64,000 nt of DNA. It comes from a virus. Shown here in pieces: positions 18,099 to 26,238 of this stretch. Position 1 is the first letter of the stretch, and every line of letters begins with the position of its first letter. The stretch lies in the IMG/VR virus record IMGVR_UViG_3300031413_000005, positions 32,001 through 96,000 of that record. One strand, 5' to 3'. Below the pieces are notes generated by a model. That model had not been told where the DNA came from and made no database searches. It was given only the letters and a program-made list of their open reading frames with translations. The position numbers and the translations under genes are program-made.

Positions 18099-19181
18099 TC
18101 ACTGCGGCTCGGAGGCTCCCTTTTTGGCAACCAGCGACTTCACGAGGTCAGGGAATGAGGCAAAATCGGCCGCGGTGACCGGATCGTCGATATGCTCAGG
18201 CGCAAAACGCGGTTCGACTCGTCTTTCGCTTACATTCGGGGCCGTCTCGACTCGTGTATCGCTTGCAATCTGAGCCGTGCGACGGGTGACTCGTCTATCG
18301 CTTGCGTTGGCTCGACGATGGAAGACAACCTTGAGTGCCTTCAGCCCGCGGACCAGCTTAGCATCGACCAGCGCGGTGTCGCTCTTGTCGCCAGCAAGGG
18401 ACAGTGAGATCTGATACTCTGGCAGGTCATTTGCCTGAACGATGTCCAGCACCACCTGCTTGAAGTAGCGAGTGTTCTTATCCTCGTACCCGATCTTTTC
18501 CGCCAAACGCAGCAGGTTGATCGACCAGGTAGGTTGAGTGCCGCAGTGTTTGCGCGCCAGCTCGTAGACCCGACGAGCGATCCCCGAGGTAAGCTTGAAA
18601 TAACCGGCGTCGATTGAGAGGATCGTTCTGTCTTCGACGATCTGGCGCCAAAGCCAGTCCTCCATCTCGACCTCGACCATGCCGGTCACTTTGCGGCCGT
18701 TAGGCAGCTCGCGTTCTGTCAGTTTCCCCGACTTGATCCACGAGAAGAATCCTTTTTCGTTGGTCGATGCGCCGGTCTTGATGTTGGTTCGGATCGTGGT
18801 CGACTGGAGCCGGTCGAGCGCAGCTTCGAGATCCTGATAAGCTCGACCTCCCGTGGACCGGCCGCAGCTGACGAAGAAGTCGTGGGCGTGGAAGCGAACG
18901 CGCTGGGAAACGGGCACTCCCTCATTCATGCAGCGGTTAATGTGGCTCGCGACGAAGATCAGGAGATCCTTGTCCCAGATCGTAGCGAGTCCCTCGGGTC
19001 CAGGCCGCACCTCGAACCTGACTTTACCGTCGTCGTAGATCCGCTTCTCCATCACCTTCGTCTTGGAGATTGAGAAAAAGGGGAACTCCATCAGGTTCGT
19101 GATGTCTCGGAAGCTGACGCGATCCTGGCGATCCAGAAAGAGGTCAGGCGTTTCAACGATCTGGTTCACGGGCGCTCCCAA
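18099..19181 (-). CDS. repA: Plasmid replication initiator RepA (RPA family)
   Basis: LMEFPFFSISK, GLATIWDKDLLIF, ALDRLQSTTIRTNI, YFKLTSGIARRVYELARKHCG; flanked by iterons. Confidence 0.9.
   Translation of the reverse strand: MGAPVNQIVETPDLFLDRQDRVSFRDITNLMEFPFFSISKTKVMEKRIYDDGKVRFEVRPGPEGLATIWDKDLLIFVASHINRCMNEGVPVSQRVRFHAHDFFVSCGRSTGGRAYQDLEAALDRLQSTTIRTNIKTGASTNEKGFFSWIKSGKLTERELPNGRKVTGMVEVEMEDWLWRQIVEDRTILSIDAGYFKLTSGIARRVYELARKHCGTQPTWSINLLRLAEKIGYEDKNTRYFKQVVLDIVQANDLPEYQISLSLAGDKSDTALVDAKLVRGLKALKVVFHRRANASDRRVTRRTAQIASDTRVETAPNVSERRVEPRFAPEHIDDPVTAADFASFPDLVKSLVAKKGASEPQ
18217..18306 (-). repeat. Three inverted iterons inside the repA 3' end
   Basis: gactcgtctttcgcttaca (18217), gactcgtgtatcgcttgca (18249), gactcgtctatcgcttgcg (18288). 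Confidence 0.85.
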
Positions 19182-19275
19182 TGCAAGCGATAGACGAGCG
19201 GGCCTAGCGCGAATGCAAGGGATAGACGAGCCCTAAATGCAAGCGATAGACGAATCTTTGCAAGGGATAGACGAC
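19182..19275 (+). repeat. Iteron array upstream of repA
   Basis: TGCAAGSGATAGACGA at 19182, 19214, 19238 and 19259. Confidence 0.9.
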
Positions 19276-19330
19276 TGAGGTCCGGGTTCGATAAGAGAGA
19301 TTATGTGAAATTGATCTATGGACTGGCCGA

Positions 19331-19810
19331 TTAGCCGTCTAGCTCACACGACCCGTGCTTGATCGCCTTGGACGACACCAGCTTCGCATTCTCGATCCCG
19401 AGCCCCAGGAAATTGTGGTTGCCATAGTCATGAGCGACAATGCGGCCGTCAAGCATGCCGAAGTTCGAGGGCTTCAGGTCGGCAAGGAACGCCGGCACGC
19501 GCTTTAGCTCGTTCCACTGCTCGCGCGTTGGCGGCATCGTGCGGTGCTGGACCAAGACAGCGCCGTAGCCGTCGATCGAGACGCACGGTGCGAACCACTT
19601 CTCCCACTTGGTCCCCTGGACCTCTTGCCAGATGCTCCACTCGTGGGCGTTCGAGAACGTCATCCCGCGAGCTTCGATCTTGAGGACCAGGTGATCGGCG
19701 TGGCGCATCCGGTAGACGTCGCGATAAGCCCCAGAGCCGACGAACGCGCCGGTCAGCGCCGACAGCGCGCAGTCCTTCAGCTTCTCGTGGTAGCTCCAGA
19801 TGGTGCTCAC
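19331..19810 (-). CDS. Minimal Ser/Thr protein kinase-like protein
   Basis: GSGAYRDV Gly loop, VLK lysine, NAHE glutamate, DLKPSN catalytic loop, DYG. Confidence 0.75.
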   Translation of the reverse strand: MSTIWSYHEKLKDCALSALTGAFVGSGAYRDVYRMRHADHLVLKIEARGMTFSNAHEWSIWQEVQGTKWEKWFAPCVSIDGYGAVLVQHRTMPPTREQWNELKRVPAFLADLKPSNFGMLDGRIVAHDYGNHNFLGLGIENAKLVSSKAIKHGSCELDG

Positions 19811-20892
19811 TTGTAGGGGTTCCTGATCTTGATCTTCATGGCGAGGGAGCGGCTGTAGGATCGCGCGTTGGCGATCGCGTACCGGACGACATGCGGCTCG
19901 ACTTCGTTGGGGTCGCAGCCCTTCGGGAGGAAGGCGATGCGCATGGCAAAGCCGTAGCGGGTGAGCTGTTCGGCTGCGTTGAGAGCTGCGGTCAGAGCAT
20001 CGGGCGTTCCGTCCCAGATGATCGTGATGATCTTGAGACCGGCGTCGCGCAGCGCGAGCAGCGCGGTGAGCTGGTTCGGCCCCTCGCCGGTCAGCGTCAG
20101 GTTTTTGCCGAACGAGCCGACGGGGATGATCGAGCGCATGGTGTGGTCCTGGTCGAGCGCCGCCTTGGTGGCGATGACGTCGAACGCGCCCTCCCCCATG
20201 GCTATGTGACTCGCCCCAACCGCGTTGTGCCCGTTGTAGAGGAAGCGTGCGGTGCCAGGCAGGCGCTTGGGGAACAGGTATTTGCGATCAGTCTCGAGCG
20301 TCGGTAGCGCGCGGCCCTGGAACGTGACCAGCGTGCGATCGAGATCCCAGATGGGGATCAGGATGCGCCCCGAAAACACCGTGCGGCGCTTCTCTCCTGC
20401 CTCGTCGTTGTAGAAGAACGCGCCGTCATGGCAGTAGCGCAGGCCGAAATAGCGCGCGAGGTCGTTCGAGATGTTGCGCTCGACGAGATAGGGCAGCGTG
20501 CGGCCGTCAGGCGTCGGGAGCTCGATCGAGTTGGGGAGCTTTACCGCGCCGTCGAGCGCTGGCGCCGAGATGCGCTTCTCGCGGCGCTTGGGCTTCCAGC
20601 CGCCCAGGCCGGCGATCTCGTCGAAGCTCTTGCCGATCGTCTTGCTATCGTCGGTCCCCAGCAGCGCCTTGACGAAGCTCCACATATTGTAGGGGCCGCA
20701 TTTGAAGCAGTTGCCCAGGCCGGTGTCCTCGCCGAGGTAGACCTTCCAGTCGCTCGTGCCACAGCGCGGGCAGGACTTGATGTTGAACTGCGGGCCAGAG
20801 CGGCCCGACACGGGACCGCGGTACTCGATGCCGTGATGGTCGAGCATCTCCACGCACGAGACCTGGTCATAGCCGCGATCGGGGTTCGTCAC
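19807..20892 (-). CDS. DNA primase (zinc finger plus TOPRIM)
   Basis: CPRC...CFKC, YLVERNI, RILIP, FQGR, GEGAFD, IIWD, DPNE. Confidence 0.88.
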   Translation of the reverse strand: MTNPDRGYDQVSCVEMLDHHGIEYRGPVSGRSGPQFNIKSCPRCGTSDWKVYLGEDTGLGNCFKCGPYNMWSFVKALLGTDDSKTIGKSFDEIAGLGGWKPKRREKRISAPALDGAVKLPNSIELPTPDGRTLPYLVERNISNDLARYFGLRYCHDGAFFYNDEAGEKRRTVFSGRILIPIWDLDRTLVTFQGRALPTLETDRKYLFPKRLPGTARFLYNGHNAVGASHIAMGEGAFDVIATKAALDQDHTMRSIIPVGSFGKNLTLTGEGPNQLTALLALRDAGLKIITIIWDGTPDALTAALNAAEQLTRYGFAMRIAFLPKGCDPNEVEPHVVRYAIANARSYSRSLAMKIKIRNPYK

Positions 20893-21053
20893 GCGTGCGC
20901 CACCCGGTAGCCCTCACCTGGCGGCGAGCAGCATGGGCATGGCTCGATCGACATATCATAATGCGACCCGATCACCCCGCGACCGCCGCAACGGATGCAG
21001 TGTCCGAACACCAGCGAGACGAGCTGAATTAGTGCATGTGTTACGTTCACCAT
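20889..21053 (-). CDS. 54-aa zinc-finger protein (not in ORF track)
   Basis: Own translation MVNVTHALIQLVSLVFGHCIRCGGRGVIGSHYDMSIEPCPCCSPPGEGYRVAHA; AAGGAG RBS; abuts the dnaB stop and overlaps the primase start (GTGA). Confidence 0.65.
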   Translation of the reverse strand: MVNVTHALIQLVSLVFGHCIRCGGRGVIGSHYDMSIEPCPCCSPPGEGYRVAHA

Positions 21054-22391
21054 TCACTCCTTGCCAACGAAACTGGTGATGAATCGCATGCAGTCGATTT
21101 GCTGATTGAACCGCAGCCGCAGCCCGCCCTCGGTGTTTCGCATTTCTGAGAAGTAGAGGACGACCTCACCGTTCTGCTTTTCCTCCGGGCTCGCGTTGAT
21201 CGTGATGAGCACGTCGGCCAGTCGAACCTTGTCGTAATCCTCCGCAGCGTCCGTGCCGTCGGTGACGTTCTTTGCGGCCTTCTTGGTGCCCTCTCGGTTC
21301 GTCTGCGTGGCGGTCAGCAGCGCGACGTTGAAGTCCTTGGCGAGCGCGCGCAGGTCGCGGAAGATCTGCGACAGCTCGTGGCGCTTGTCGCTCTCGCGGC
21401 GCTCGGAACACATGATGTCGCCGTAGTCGACCACGACCAGATCGAAGATGATCCCGTCGGCCTCGAAGCGCTTCAGGATGCGGCGCAGCTCGGAGACCTT
21501 GAGGGTGCCGGTTGCGAAATCCTGGATCTCGAGCTCGCCGGCGCCGATCGCCCAGCGCGATACCGACGCGTCGACCTCGCTGCTGCGGGAGCGGAGCTCC
21601 TTGACCGGGACGCCCGATACGTTGGCGTCAGCGCGGTCCTCGATGATCTCCTTGGACACTTCGCACGAGGCGTAGAATACGTTCTTGCCCGATGCAGCCG
21701 CGCCCACGGCGAAGCCGACCATCGCCGCGGTCTTGCCCGACTTCGGCGGTCCCATGAGGATCGACATCTCCTTGCGCCCCCAGCCGTTGTGCGGGAACAG
21801 AAACTTGTCCAGGTCAGCGTTGCCGGTGCTGATGCCAGTCGGGACCGCGGTGCCGGCGAGCAGCGCTGCGCGGTTCGCGGTACGCTCCTGCCGGCGCTTG
21901 GCGAAGTTGTTCGAGCGCGCGACGTCGGCCGCACCGACCTGGAACGCGTTGGTCATCTGGACCGCGCCCTTCTCGATCTCAGCCTGCTTGCCGTCGACCA
22001 GCGCGTCAGCCATCACCATCGTCGCGTTCTCGATCGCCTTGGTGCGGGCGAACTCTGCGATCTTGTCGATGACGAACGGGCGATCGTTAGGGTCGCACGA
22101 ACCCGCGCCGTAGAGCACGCCGAGCAGACGCTTGGCTTCTGCAGGGTCGGCGATTTGGATCTGCTTCTTGGCGACCGCGTCCTTATACGCCTGGACGTAT
22201 GCGGTCAGCGTGGGGCACGCGCGATACCGGGTCCAATAATCCTTCTGGACCCATACGAGCTGCTGGAGCGTCTCGTTCTCGAAATAGGCCGGCTCGATGA
22301 GGCCCTCGATCGTGTGACCGAAGGCGTCGTCGCGCAGGTAAAAGGATGCTACCTTCTCTTGGAAGGCAGCGTCGAACGTGTAGGCCATCAA
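21054..22391 (-). CDS. dnaB: DnaB-like replicative helicase
   Basis: GISTG, GPPKSGKT, VVVDYGD, TATQTNREG. Confidence 0.9.
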   Translation of the reverse strand: MMAYTFDAAFQEKVASFYLRDDAFGHTIEGLIEPAYFENETLQQLVWVQKDYWTRYRACPTLTAYVQAYKDAVAKKQIQIADPAEAKRLLGVLYGAGSCDPNDRPFVIDKIAEFARTKAIENATMVMADALVDGKQAEIEKGAVQMTNAFQVGAADVARSNNFAKRRQERTANRAALLAGTAVPTGISTGNADLDKFLFPHNGWGRKEMSILMGPPKSGKTAAMVGFAVGAAASGKNVFYASCEVSKEIIEDRADANVSGVPVKELRSRSSEVDASVSRWAIGAGELEIQDFATGTLKVSELRRILKRFEADGIIFDLVVVDYGDIMCSERRESDKRHELSQIFRDLRALAKDFNVALLTATQTNREGTKKAAKNVTDGTDAAEDYDKVRLADVLITINASPEEKQNGEVVLYFSEMRNTEGGLRLRFNQQIDCMRFITSFVGKE

Positions 22392-22443
22392 TGCCCCTGC
22401 ATGTGTGTTGTTGACTATGCACTAGCGCCCAAGGTTGGGGCGG

Positions 22444-23274
22444 TCAAGCTGCGAGCGATTTGGCTCTGCGAATGACGCTGGCGTCAAAGGTCTGCTCGGC
22501 GAGCGCGAGCGGGAGCTGGGGCTTGTCGAACAACACGATCGACAGCGGGATCGCGATGTCGTCGACACGCCGCATGATCTGTTTCACGAGATACGCGTGA
22601 TAGTCGTCCTGCGCCGGGTGTCCGACGTAGTGCTCGATCGAGTAGAACGGGTGCTTGGCAGCGACCAGGCGCTGGCTCGTATGCGCGTCCCAGAGATTGA
22701 TCGTCTCTGCGGCCAGCTTCTCGCCGTATAAATTGCTTGGCTGTGGAACGCGCGTCCAGTTTGCTTCCATCGCCTGACGGATCGCGAGCGAGCAGAACAG
22801 GTCGTAGGGCATGCCGAACATATCGGCGACCGTCATGGCCTTGAACAGGCCGACGATGTATCGCGTGTCGCGCTCCCAGATGTCGGCCTCGGTCTGCTTC
22901 GTGAACGTCGCGCCGTAGAGCTTCATGTGGCTGGCGACCTGAGCGCGCGTCATCACCTTGCCGGTCTTGGTGCGCATCGGGCCGCGGCTGTTGATGAAGT
23001 CGCGGGCGCCGCGCTGCATGGCGGTCAGGTACTCCCGCGAGAACAGCATGAAGCTGTGACCGAACGGCAGGCGTCGGTAATCGAACCAGCGGCTCGCATA
23101 GCAGTTCACCGCCCCGGCGAAGTGCTGGCGCTTGACGTGCGCCATGAGCAAAGCCTCAATACGACTCGAGGGGGCGTTAACCCCCTCGAACGTACCGAAC
23201 AAACTGACGTTCAGCGACCAGTCGTCATGCGGCTTGTCGAACTGGAAGGCCGGTGCGGGGATCGGTGTAAGCAT
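22444..23274 (-). CDS. Hypothetical protein upstream of dnaB
   Basis: 276-aa ORF in the operon; no recognisable motif. Confidence 0.7.
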   Translation of the reverse strand: MLTPIPAPAFQFDKPHDDWSLNVSLFGTFEGVNAPSSRIEALLMAHVKRQHFAGAVNCYASRWFDYRRLPFGHSFMLFSREYLTAMQRGARDFINSRGPMRTKTGKVMTRAQVASHMKLYGATFTKQTEADIWERDTRYIVGLFKAMTVADMFGMPYDLFCSLAIRQAMEANWTRVPQPSNLYGEKLAAETINLWDAHTSQRLVAAKHPFYSIEHYVGHPAQDDYHAYLVKQIMRRVDDIAIPLSIVLFDKPQLPLALAEQTFDASVIRRAKSLAA

Positions 23275-24025
23275 TGTCGTTGTGGCTCTGTTTGCTGTAG
23301 CGCTCGATCACGGCACGGCACATGCCAGACCGGACGATGTCGTCGGTGGTGAACTGGTGGTGTGCGACCGACTTGACGCCCATCATGCGCTGCACGGCAT
23401 CAGCGAGACCGTCGGCCTGATCCCCGAACCTCTGACGGCTGTCACCGCAGACGACGATCTTGGTCTCCTCGCCGATGCGAGTGAGAAACATCTCCATCTC
23501 GCGCGGCGACATATTCTCGGCTTCGTCCAGGATCACGAACGCGTCCTCGAAGGTCGAGCCCTGAAGGAACGGGACGGGGGCGATCTCGATCTTGCCGTTG
23601 GCGATGTATGCCTCGACGGTCGCCTTCCCCAGGATCTTCTCGAAGATCGTGCGGACCGGCTTGAAGTACGGCTCGAACTTCTCGGTCATGTCGCCCTTCA
23701 GGAAGCCCATCGGGGTGCCCGCTTCGACGTTGGGGCGGCAGACGACGACGCGCTGAACGATCTTGTCGCGGAGTGCGAGCGCGGCTGGAGCGGCGCCGCA
23801 GTGGGTCTTGCCGGTGCCGGCCGGGCCGGTCAGGAACGTCAGCTGGTTTGCCATGACCTTCGCATGCGCGAGGCGCTGCGCGTCGTTCTTGGGCTTGAAC
23901 TCTCCGGTGCCGCGAGCGCGCGGGCCGGTGTCGAGGAGCGCGTCGGTAGGCAGCGGAACCTGTCGAGCTGCTGCTCGGCTACGCTTGCCGTCACGCTGGG
24001 GACGGTTCGAACGATCCTTGGTCAT
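23225..24025 (-). CDS. phoH: PhoH-family ATPase
   Basis: GPAGTGKT, RPNVEAG, MGFLKGD, GSTFEDAFVILDEAEN, LTRIG, GDSRQ, DIVRS. Confidence 0.93.
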   Translation of the reverse strand: MTKDRSNRPQRDGKRSRAAARQVPLPTDALLDTGPRARGTGEFKPKNDAQRLAHAKVMANQLTFLTGPAGTGKTHCGAAPAALALRDKIVQRVVVCRPNVEAGTPMGFLKGDMTEKFEPYFKPVRTIFEKILGKATVEAYIANGKIEIAPVPFLQGSTFEDAFVILDEAENMSPREMEMFLTRIGEETKIVVCGDSRQRFGDQADGLADAVQRMMGVKSVAHHQFTTDDIVRSGMCRAVIERYSKQSHNDNAYTDPRTGLPVRQAA

Positions 24026-24110
24026 TGGTCACTCCGGTTTGCATGTGTGTCGTCTACCATGCACGCGGTTTGATGCAAGAGTGAATTTGCGCGCACGGTC
24101 AGTGGAAATG

Positions 24111-24141
24111 AAAAGACCGCCCCTCACGAGGAGGGACGGTC
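24111..24141 (-). terminator. Rho-independent terminator ending the late/lysis transcript
   Basis: gaccgtccctc...gaggggcggtc followed by TTTT on the minus strand. Confidence 0.75.
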
Positions 24142-24155
24142 GGATAGAGGATTAA

Positions 24156-24191
24156 TTAACGGATGGGCTTGCCGATGGGCCAATAGCGCAT
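24156..24191 (-). CDS. Putative 11-aa micropeptide MRYWPIGKPIR
   Basis: Strong SD (AGAAAGGAGA) just upstream of the ATG; TAA stop immediately before the terminator. Confidence 0.45.
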   Translation of the reverse strand: MRYWPIGKPIR

Positions 24192-24247
24192 GGAGTCTCT
24201 CCTTTCTGTGTTGCTGAAGTGGTTAGGAAACCGGTGCCGGCGGTCGA

Positions 24248-24733
24248 CTACGCGACCAGCTCGAAATGCGGGCTGTCAGTCTCGCCCTTCTCGCGGGGCT
24301 TGCCGTTCGCGTTCCAGTCAGCGCCCCAGCGGATCGCGACCTTCTCGAGCTTCGCGGCTTCGAGCACCAACCTCGCCATGGCGTCGAAGCGCTTCAGGTT
24401 GTTCCAGTCGACGGGATACGGGACGATGTCGACCGCGTGACCGTAACCCGACGCCTGCTTGACGTGCTTCGAGTTGAGCGGGTTCTTGAGCCAGGTGACC
24501 TTCGAGAGGTTGGGCTTGGCGTGGCTGGCTGGGGCGCCCGCTGCGATGCACTGTGCGGCTGTGCGGCCCTTGCCAAAGTTCACGAAGCACTGCTCGGGCG
24601 AGCGCACGCCTTCGATCACCGTGAAGTCGAGATCCGGGGTCGCCATCTCGGCCGCGCGCTTCAGGACGCGGATGAGATCGGGATGGACCCCTACGAGGTT
24701 CGCAAGCGAACGGGCACCAAACTGGATAGCCAA
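24248..24733 (-). CDS. Endolysin, M15 family (L-Ala-D-Glu peptidase-like)
   Basis: EGVRS, SKH, GHAVDI, WGADW, DSPHFEL. TTG start after AGGAGAG. Confidence 0.9.
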   Translation of the reverse strand: MAIQFGARSLANLVGVHPDLIRVLKRAAEMATPDLDFTVIEGVRSPEQCFVNFGKGRTAAQCIAAGAPASHAKPNLSKVTWLKNPLNSKHVKQASGYGHAVDIVPYPVDWNNLKRFDAMARLVLEAAKLEKVAIRWGADWNANGKPREKGETDSPHFELVA

Positions 24734-24743
24734 AGCAACTCTC

Positions 24744-24857
24744 CTATTGTGTGTGTGGTTTACCATGCACTGCGGCGAAATGCAATCGCGGTGCGTTCGG
24801 GATGGACTTGCCGGGAGTGAGCAGCGCCAGGAAGGTCGCGAGGATTAGCTTGCGCAT
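24744..24857 (-). CDS. 37-aa peptide with signal-like N-terminus
   Basis: MRKLILATFLALLTPGKSIPNAPRLHFAAVHGKPHTQ; TGATG overlap with the holin stop. Confidence 0.4.
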   Translation of the reverse strand: MRKLILATFLALLTPGKSIPNAPRLHFAAVHGKPHTQ

Positions 24858-25228
24858 CAGTCTGCCTTCTTGCCGAAGCCGGGAATGCTGGGCAGCAGAT
24901 CCTTGAGAAACGTTCCGAGCGTTGCGAACGGGCTGTCGCGGAAGTTCTCGGATGCCTTCACGAAGCCCATGACGATGTTCTCGGTCATGACGGCCGCAAT
25001 CCCTGCCCCACCGAGCATCCAGGCAGTGCCCCAGCCCTCCAGGGCGAGCCCTGCGACCAGTGCGCCGATGCCCCCGAAGATGCAGCCGGCGAACAGCTTG
25101 AGCGCGGTGCGCCGCGTGACGTCGAAGATCGAGACCAGCAGCGTGATGAGCGTGCCGCCGACGAAGAAGAACAGATGCCCGACATAGGCAACGTAGGCGT
25201 TGGTGAACGTGATCGTGTTCGTCGGCAT
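24857..25228 (-). CDS. Holin-like membrane protein
   Basis: 123 aa, about 3 TM segments, charged C-terminus, upstream of the endolysin. Confidence 0.6.
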   Translation of the reverse strand: MPTNTITFTNAYVAYVGHLFFFVGGTLITLLVSIFDVTRRTALKLFAGCIFGGIGALVAGLALEGWGTAWMLGGAGIAAVMTENIVMGFVKASENFRDSPFATLGTFLKDLLPSIPGFGKKAD

Positions 25229-25581
25229 CAGCCATTACCCCAGAGGTACGAAGGTGCGCGATCCCGCGAGTTCTCGATCTTCGCTTTGATGAACAGGTGT
25301 GCGGTGAGAAACAGCAGACCCATGGCGGCGTGAAAGCTCATCCACATGGTCGTGTGTTGCTCGCCGACGATTGCAGGACCGCCGATCCAGATCCAGAACC
25401 CGATGACCGCGGAATGGGAAATGCTGAAGATCGTCGACAGCGTGACCCAGATATAGGCGATGGCGTTTTCACGACCGCGAGCGATGTCGCGGGTGCTAAA
25501 GTGCCAGTCCTTCCCGCTGCCGATCGCCAGGAGCCCCGACAGAAACGCGGCGAGAGAACAGACCAGAGCGATGTAGATCAT
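25228..25581 (-). CDS. Membrane protein in the lysis cassette
   Basis: 117 aa from MIYIALVC, 3 hydrophobic segments. Confidence 0.6.
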   Translation of the reverse strand: MIYIALVCSLAAFLSGLLAIGSGKDWHFSTRDIARGRENAIAYIWVTLSTIFSISHSAVIGFWIWIGGPAIVGEQHTTMWMSFHAAMGLLFLTAHLFIKAKIENSRDRAPSYLWGNG

Positions 25582-25582
25582 G

Positions 25583-25753
25583 TTACTTCGACGTCTGCTG
25601 CGGCGGGCGATTGTTGCCGCCCATTCCACCAAAACCACCGCCAACGCCGGGGATGGTTTCTGGCGTCGGCGCGGTCGCGCGAAGGCGACTCCGAACGACC
25701 AGAACTGCCACGACCACCACGAGGGCAATCATGACGAAAAATACAGGATTCAT
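25583..25753 (-). CDS. Small single-TM protein
   Basis: MNPVFFVMIALVVVVAVLVV followed by a Gly/Pro-rich tail. Confidence 0.55.
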   Translation of the reverse strand: MNPVFFVMIALVVVVAVLVVRSRLRATAPTPETIPGVGGGFGGMGGNNRPPQQTSK

Positions 25754-25827
25754 TGGAACAAGCCTCGTGCAAGTGTGTTGCTTGCCATGCAGTATAGCAC
25801 GCAGGCAACACACCGGCAACGATGGCC

Positions 25828-26154
25828 TTAGACCGTCGCCGTCTCCGGCAGCGGGATCGGCGTCGAAAGCAGCTCGATCTGCTGCGCTACGGGCATCGCG
25901 TCGTAGCGCATAATCGATACCAGGCGTTCGAGCCGCTGGTAAGTCTCACGGTCGACATTCGGCATAACCGCGGCGATTGCTTCAATCTGAGCGGTTACGT
26001 GACGAACCGAGAGCAAATCCTTGAGCGGCTCGTAGATTTTCAGCTTGGCGAGGCGCTCGGTTTCACGCGCGTTCCAGTTCTGCTTGGCCTTCTTGGCTTG
26101 CAGCGAGGCGAGGAGCGCTAGTTCTTCGCTCGTGAGGTCATCTTCGAGGTCCAT
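25828..26154 (-). CDS. Hypothetical protein
   Basis: 108 aa, GGAG RBS. Confidence 0.65.
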   Translation of the reverse strand: MDLEDDLTSEELALLASLQAKKAKQNWNARETERLAKLKIYEPLKDLLSVRHVTAQIEAIAAVMPNVDRETYQRLERLVSIMRYDAMPVAQQIELLSTPIPLPETATV

Positions 26155-26238
26155 AGGCTCTCCATAGGCAAATGCGGTGGGTATGTGTGTGGCGATGATA
26201 ACACATGGTAGGCATTCGCTCCACCCGGTTTCGATGGC

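Noticed and set aside
26180-26203. Possible extra copy of the 24-bp element (gtatgtgtgtggcgatgata)
   Set aside because: Only the TGTGTGT core matches and the arms are absent, so it was not counted.
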